Below, piece after piece: positions 59,443-64,000 of a stretch of DNA of 64,000 bases. Under the pieces are notes generated by a model. That model was not told the DNA's origin, did not search any database, and saw nothing but the letters and a program-made list of their open reading frames with translations. Numbering within the stretch: the stretch's first letter is position 1; each line of letters starts with the position of its first letter. The stretch comes from Anaeromyxobacteraceae bacterium (lineage in GTDB: Bacteria > Myxococcota > Myxococcia > Myxococcales > Anaeromyxobacteraceae), in NCBI GenBank assembly GCA_032654565.1, contig JAULAX010000010.1, positions 215,104 through 279,103 of the forward strand, written 5' to 3'. The translations under genes and the position numbers were made by a program.

Positions 59443-61266
59443 ATGGCTCAACCCCCCGGTCAGGTTCGGGCAGGCCGGCGCTGGCTGGCCGCGCTCCTCG
59501 GCGCCGTGTCCCTCGCCGGCGCCGCCGCGGTCGCCGCCGTTCCCGATCCGCCGCCGCGCCCGGCCGAAACCGCGGGTCCCGCCGGCCCGCCCGGCCCGGC
59601 CACCGCGATCGTCGCGCCGTCCTCCGCCGCGCTCCCGCCCCCGCTGCCGCCCCCCACGCCTCCACCCGAGGCCCCTCCCCACGCCACGCCGCTCCCGGCC
59701 ACCAGCACCGGCGCCGACGTCCTCGATCTGCTCTGGGGCCACCGCATCGAGTTCGGGCCGGGAGGCCAGCCGCTGGTCACCATCCGGCTGATGGAGGGGC
59801 AGGAGCAGCTGGTGGTCCGCACCCTCGGCCCGGCCCGGCTGCTGCTGCGCTCCGGGCCGAGCGTCCCGCTGCCGGCCGGGACCCGGCTGGTGGTGCGGGC
59901 CCGCGACACCTCGCCGGCCCGGCTCGACGCGGCGCCGCTGCTGGCCGAGGCGGCCTGGGCCGACCGGGCCACCATCGAGGCGGCGCGGAGCGACTGGACC
60001 TCGCGCGGCGTGGCGGTGCGGCTGCGGACCATCGGCGGCGTCTACGGCATCGCCGGGCGGGTGGTGGACACGCGGCGCCAGAAGCTGGTGGCCGACGGGG
60101 CGCGCGATCCGCGCGGCGCCCAGGCCCGGGCCGACGCCCTGCAGGCCATCTCCGGGCAGCGGCTCCCGCTCGACGTGGAGGTGACGGCGCGGCCGCGCGG
60201 CCGCCTCGCGGTTTCCAGCGAGGGCGGGGCGCTCGGCGAGGCCGACAGCGCCGCCGTCGTCGATCCCGGCGAGGGCGGCGAGCTGGCGGTCGAGTCGGTC
60301 GAGCACGCCCTCGACGGCAGGCCGGCGCGGGAGGAGCGGCGCTACCGCTCCCGGCTGGTGGCCACCCTGGACGCCGCCGGCCGCCTCGCCCTGGTGGCGG
60401 TGGTGCCGCTCGAGGAGCTGCTGCGCGGGCTGGTGCCAGCCGAGATGCCGGCCCTGTCCCACCTCGAGGCGCTCAAGGCCCAGGCGGTGACCGCCCGCTC
60501 CAACGTGCTGGCCCAGCTCGGCACCCGCCACCTCGCCGACCCCTACGTGATCTGCGCCGAGGTCCACTGCCAGGCCTACCGGGGCGCCGGGGCGGTGCAC
60601 CCGCGCACCGACGAGGCCATCCGGGCCACCGCCGGCGAGGCCCTCTTCGGCAAGGCCGACCGGACGCTGGTGGACGGCGTCTACTCGGCGCTCTGCGGCG
60701 GCCACGGCGAGGACAACGACGCGGTCTGGCCGGTGACCCCGAGCGCCAGCCTGCGCGGCCAGCCCGACCTGGCCAACGGCGGGGCGGGGGTGTGGGCCGG
60801 CGGGCTCAGGGACGAGGGGGCGGTGCGCCGCTTCCTGGCCGCCCCGGTCGACGCCTGGTGCCGGCGGCCAGCCGCGGCGCGCAAGGACCGGTTCCGCTGG
60901 GAGCGGCGCTTCACCGCCGGTGACCTGGAGCTGCTGGCCGAGCCGCTCGGCGTCGGCGAGGTGCGCCGCCTCACCGTGCTGTCCCGGGGCGTCTCGGGGC
61001 GGGCCACGGCGCTGCGGGTGGAGGGGACGGCCGGCAGCGCCGACGTCGCCGGCGAGCTGCGCATCCGCCGGCTGCTGCGCAACCTCCCCTCGGCGATGTT
61101 CGTGATCGATCTCGAGGGCGACGAGGTGGTGCTGCACGGCGGCGGCTGGGGGCACGGCGCCGGGATGTGCCAGTGGGGCGCGGTGGGGCGGGCCGAGGCC
61201 GGGCAGCCCTACCGCCAGATCCTGCGGGCCTACTTCTCCGGCGCCGAGGTGGCGCGCATCTACTGA
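59443..61266 (+). CDS. SpoIID/LytB domain protein (peptidoglycan lytic transglycosylase family)
   Basis: LEELLRGLVPAEM, EALKAQAVTARS, CQAYRG, GWGHGAGMCQWGA, ILRAYF. Confidence 0.9.
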   Translation: MAQPPGQVRAGRRWLAALLGAVSLAGAAAVAAVPDPPPRPAETAGPAGPPGPATAIVAPSSAALPPPLPPPTPPPEAPPHATPLPATSTGADVLDLLWGHRIEFGPGGQPLVTIRLMEGQEQLVVRTLGPARLLLRSGPSVPLPAGTRLVVRARDTSPARLDAAPLLAEAAWADRATIEAARSDWTSRGVAVRLRTIGGVYGIAGRVVDTRRQKLVADGARDPRGAQARADALQAISGQRLPLDVEVTARPRGRLAVSSEGGALGEADSAAVVDPGEGGELAVESVEHALDGRPAREERRYRSRLVATLDAAGRLALVAVVPLEELLRGLVPAEMPALSHLEALKAQAVTARSNVLAQLGTRHLADPYVICAEVHCQAYRGAGAVHPRTDEAIRATAGEALFGKADRTLVDGVYSALCGGHGEDNDAVWPVTPSASLRGQPDLANGGAGVWAGGLRDEGAVRRFLAAPVDAWCRRPAAARKDRFRWERRFTAGDLELLAEPLGVGEVRRLTVLSRGVSGRATALRVEGTAGSADVAGELRIRRLLRNLPSAMFVIDLEGDEVVLHGGGWGHGAGMCQWGAVGRAEAGQPYRQILRAYFSGAEVARIY

Positions 61267-61556
61267 CCGGGCCGGCCGTCCCCGTCGACCGGGGGCGCCG
61301 CCTCCTCCACCAGGCCGAGCCGGCGGCGGGGGGAGCGCCGGCGCAGGGCCAGGCCGGCGGCCAGCGCGGTCCCCAGCGCCAGCAGCGCCAGCAGCAGCTC
61401 GATGGCGGCGACGCGCTGGAGCAGCAGGGCGTCCCCCGGCGCCAGCCCGCTGAGGCGCGAGGCCAGCGCGGTCTCCCAGCCCCTCCAGGCCATGAAGCCG
61501 GCCCCCACCAGCAGCAGGACCAGGCGCAGCAGGACGCGGGGGCGGGACAGGCGCAC
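61260..61556 (-). CDS. Small two-TM hypothetical protein
   Basis: Two hydrophobic segments; GTG start inferred. Confidence 0.55.
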   Translation of the reverse strand: MRLSRPRVLLRLVLLLVGAGFMAWRGWETALASRLSGLAPGDALLLQRVAAIELLLALLALGTALAAGLALRRRSPRRRLGLVEEAAPPVDGDGRPGQ

Positions 61557-61598
61557 GGGCGCTTCATGCCATGTCGGCGGTATCATCGTCCAACCATG

Positions 61599-62923
61599 GT
61601 GCGTCGTGACGGCAAAGCCGAGGAAGTCGCGCAAGCGGCCAACGGAGCCGAGCCTTGCTGTGCAACTCCAGCGGGTGAGAGTCCCGTCCGGGTAATCGCC
61701 GGAGAGCCCGGTAGCAGACCGCCGCCCGAGGTCGAGAGGCCGAAGGGCGAAGCGCGGTGTCGAAAGCCCTCAATGGCGAAAGCCGTGGGAGGGGAGCAAC
61801 AGCGCGGGCCGCAACATCAAGTGAAGCCTGCCGCCTCGTCAGATAAACAATCCGAGAGCCGAGCCGAGCATGTCGCGGCGAAGGCCATGTCTCGCGCCCG
61901 TGAATCCGGTTGGGCGGGAGGTCTCGGCGGGGTATGGGGAGCAGCACGCGCTGAAGGAGAGGTACGGAACACGAGAGACCCGTCTGCGCAGCCGACGTCC
62001 GGCAAAGACCGACCGTATAAGCCGAGTGCGAAAGCGGGCGGAGCGCAGCGGGAGTCCGAGGGGGCCGTAGTACCGCTGATGGCGGTGAAGAAGAACGCCG
62101 CCGGAGGGAAGGGCCCCTGCTCTGGTCACGCTGGCGGAAGAGGTAAGGGCGAGGGCATGGTCCGGACCGCCGGACCCAACCACCCCGGTGGGCGACCGCC
62201 CATCGACAAAGTCCGACGACTCCAACGCAAGCTCTACGGAGCAGCCAAGCAGCATCGGGAGCGCCGGTTCCACGCGCTGTATGACCGAGTCCACAGGCTT
62301 GACGTCCTGTGGGAAGCGTGGAGCCGCGTCCGACGCAACAAGGGCGCTGCGGGCGTGGATGGAATCACGCTCTCGGCGGTGGAGCAGTACGGCGTCGATC
62401 GGCTCCTCCGGGAGCTGGGCGACGAGCTCCACGCAGGTACCTACCAGCCGCCGCCCGTCCTGCGGCGCTGGATTCCCAAGGCCGATGGGAAGCTGCGGCC
62501 GCTCGGCATACCGACGGTGAAAGATCGCGTTGCGCAGATGGCGATGAAGCTCGTCATCGAGCCGATCTTCGAGGCCGGCTTCAAGGTCTCGTCGTTCGGG
62601 TTCCGGCCTCGCCGGAGCGCGACGCAGGCGCTGGAGACCATCCGGGAGACGGTGAACACCGGGTGCAACCACGTCCTCGACGCAGACATCCGCGACTACT
62701 TCGGGAGCATCGACAGGATGCTCCTGATGCAGCGGGTGGAGCGGAGGATCACGGACCGGCGGGTGCTGAAGCTGCTGCGCAAGTGGCTTGAGGCCGGGGT
62801 GATGGACGAGGGGCGGCTCGCCGAGACGGTCTCGGGGACGCCGCAGGGCGGGGTGATCTCCCCGCTGCTCTCGAACGTCTACCTGGACCTCCTCGACACC
62901 GGTGGGAGCGGCAGTGCGCGGGT
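61599..62923 (+). mobile_element. Group II intron, 5' portion (3' half missing)
   Basis: 5' end GTGCGTCG; ribozyme-like motifs CGGGTGAGAGTCCCG, GGAACACGAGAGACCCG, GGGAGTCCGAGGGGGCCGTAGTACCG, GGAGGGAAGGGCCCC; followed by an RT ORF. Confidence 0.88.
62157..62923 (+). pseudogene. ltrA: Group II intron reverse transcriptase/maturase, truncated before YADD
   Basis: [66 protein letters not shown], then low-complexity sequence. Confidence 0.85.
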
Positions 62924-63038
62924 GGGAAGGGGAGGGAGAGAAGAGAGGGGGAGAGGAGGAGGGGGAAGAGGGAAGGAGAGAGAGGAGGGAAGGAGAGAGG
63001 GAGGGAGGGGGAGAGAGGGGGAGAGAGGGGAGGGGGGA
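62924..63038. other. 115-nt purine-only low-complexity tract (probable assembly artefact)
   Basis: Only G/A on the + strand; replaces RT5-7, X domain, DV and DVI. Confidence 0.8.
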
Positions 63039-63040
63039 CC

Positions 63041-63622
63041 ATGAAACGGATCTGCGTCTTCTGCGGCTCGTCCCCCGGCCACGACCCCCGCTACCTGGAG
63101 GCGGCCCGGGCGACGGGACGCCTGCTGGCCGCCCGCGGCCTCGGCCTGGTCTACGGCGGCGGCTCGGTCGGCCTGATGGGGGCGGTGGCCGACGCCGCGC
63201 TCGCCGCCGGCGGCGAGGCCATCGGCGTCATCCCCCAGGTGCTGCAGATCCGCGAGCTGGCGCACCGCTCGCTCACCACCCTCCACGTGGTCGGCTCCAT
63301 GCACGAGCGCAAGGCGCTGATGGCGGAGCTCTCCGACGGCTTCGTGGCGCTGCCCGGCGGCATGGGGACGCTGGAGGAGCTGAGCGAGGTGCTCACCTGG
63401 GCCCAGCTCGGCCTGCACGCCCGGCCGGTGGGGCTGCTCGACGTGGCCGGCTACTACCGGCCGCTGGCCCAGTTCTTCGACCAGGCGGTGAGCGCCGGCT
63501 TCCTGCGCCCCGTCCACCGCCGGCTGCTGCTGGTGGGCGAGGAGCCCGGGGCGCTGCTCGACCAGCTGGCCGCCTGGCGCGGGCCGCCGCTGGAGCGGGT
63601 CATCGACCAGGCCACGTCGTAG
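63041..63622 (+). CDS. LOG family (TIGR00730) phosphoribohydrolase
   Basis: [35 protein letters not shown]. Confidence 0.93.
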   Translation: MKRICVFCGSSPGHDPRYLEAARATGRLLAARGLGLVYGGGSVGLMGAVADAALAAGGEAIGVIPQVLQIRELAHRSLTTLHVVGSMHERKALMAELSDGFVALPGGMGTLEELSEVLTWAQLGLHARPVGLLDVAGYYRPLAQFFDQAVSAGFLRPVHRRLLLVGEEPGALLDQLAAWRGPPLERVIDQATS

Positions 63623-63673
63623 GCCAGTCGCGGTGGCAGCCGGCGGGAATCGTCGCCCGCCCTCACGGTGTCG

Positions 63674-64000
63674 CTACAGCCTGACGTGCCTCAGCCGCAG
63701 GGCGTTGGCGATCACCGTCACCGAGCTGAAGCTCATGGCGGCGCTCGCGATCATGGGCGAGAGCACCATCCCGGTGAACGGGTAGAGCAGGCCGGCCGCC
63801 AGCGGCACCCCGGCGGCGTTGTAGGCGAAGGCCCAGAAGAGGTTCTGCCGGATGTTTCGCATGGTGGCGCGGGAGAGCCGGCGGGCCCGGACCAGGCCGG
63901 CCAGGTCGCCCTTCACCAGGGTCAGGCCGGCGCTCTCGATGGCCACGTCGGCGCCGGTCCCCATGGCGATGCCGACGTCGGCGGCGGCCAGGGCCGGGGC
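63674..64000 (-). CDS. copA: Heavy-metal (Cu+-type) P1B ATPase, C-terminal part
   Basis: [47 protein letters not shown]; partial at window end. Confidence 0.88.
   Translation of the reverse strand, partial: APALAAADVGIAMGTGADVAIESAGLTLVKGDLAGLVRARRLSRATMRNIRQNLFWAFAYNAAGVPLAAGLLYPFTGMVLSPMIASAAMSFSSVTVIANALRLRHVRL

Noticed and set aside
57939..61266. SpoIIM and SpoIID as evidence of endospore formation
   Set aside because: Both families are widespread in non-sporulating bacteria; no other sporulation genes
62924..63038. Functional G-quadruplex/triplex tract or Gly/Glu/Arg-rich RT tail
   Set aside because: Begins with a frameshift in mid-RT and is aperiodic; an artefact is more parsimonious

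Overview
Very GC-rich chromosomal segment of a myxobacterium, most likely an Anaeromyxobacter-like Myxococcota; this is inferred from gene content and order. Most of it is core genome: asnS (partial), leuS-lptE, rpsT, mazG, phoH-7TM/HD-ybeY-lnt-prfB (programmed +1 frameshift), and a pilT paralogue. It continues through the motility/DNA-processing neighbourhood (aglZ-like, pgeF, tsaP, dprA, topA slot, exbB/exbD-type motor, dksA-like, trmFO, TolB-like lipoprotein, xerC), then argD-argF, a J-protein/Hsp70 pair, coaE, engB, greB, metF and three tRNAs. The stand-out accessory system lies between tRNA genes at 47653-55652. It is a translationally coupled five-gene operon: a ferredoxin/FAD-NADPH oxidoreductase fused to a His-rich membrane domain, three multiheme cytochromes (20+10+14 = 44 CxxCH) and a beta-barrel porin. 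This is a candidate complete cytoplasm-to-cell-surface electron conduit. Other unusual items are: a type IA topoisomerase missing both halves of domain II; a RAYT-like Y1 transposase with a sigma54-type promoter and dispersed REP-like 17-mers; a sigma54-promoter/terminator-bounded small transcript upstream of pilT; a tRNA-Glu(CUC) with two extra nucleotides; and a group II intron inserted directly after an ATG, whose 3' half is replaced by a probably artefactual purine tract. All calls come from reading motifs by eye; no database searches were run.
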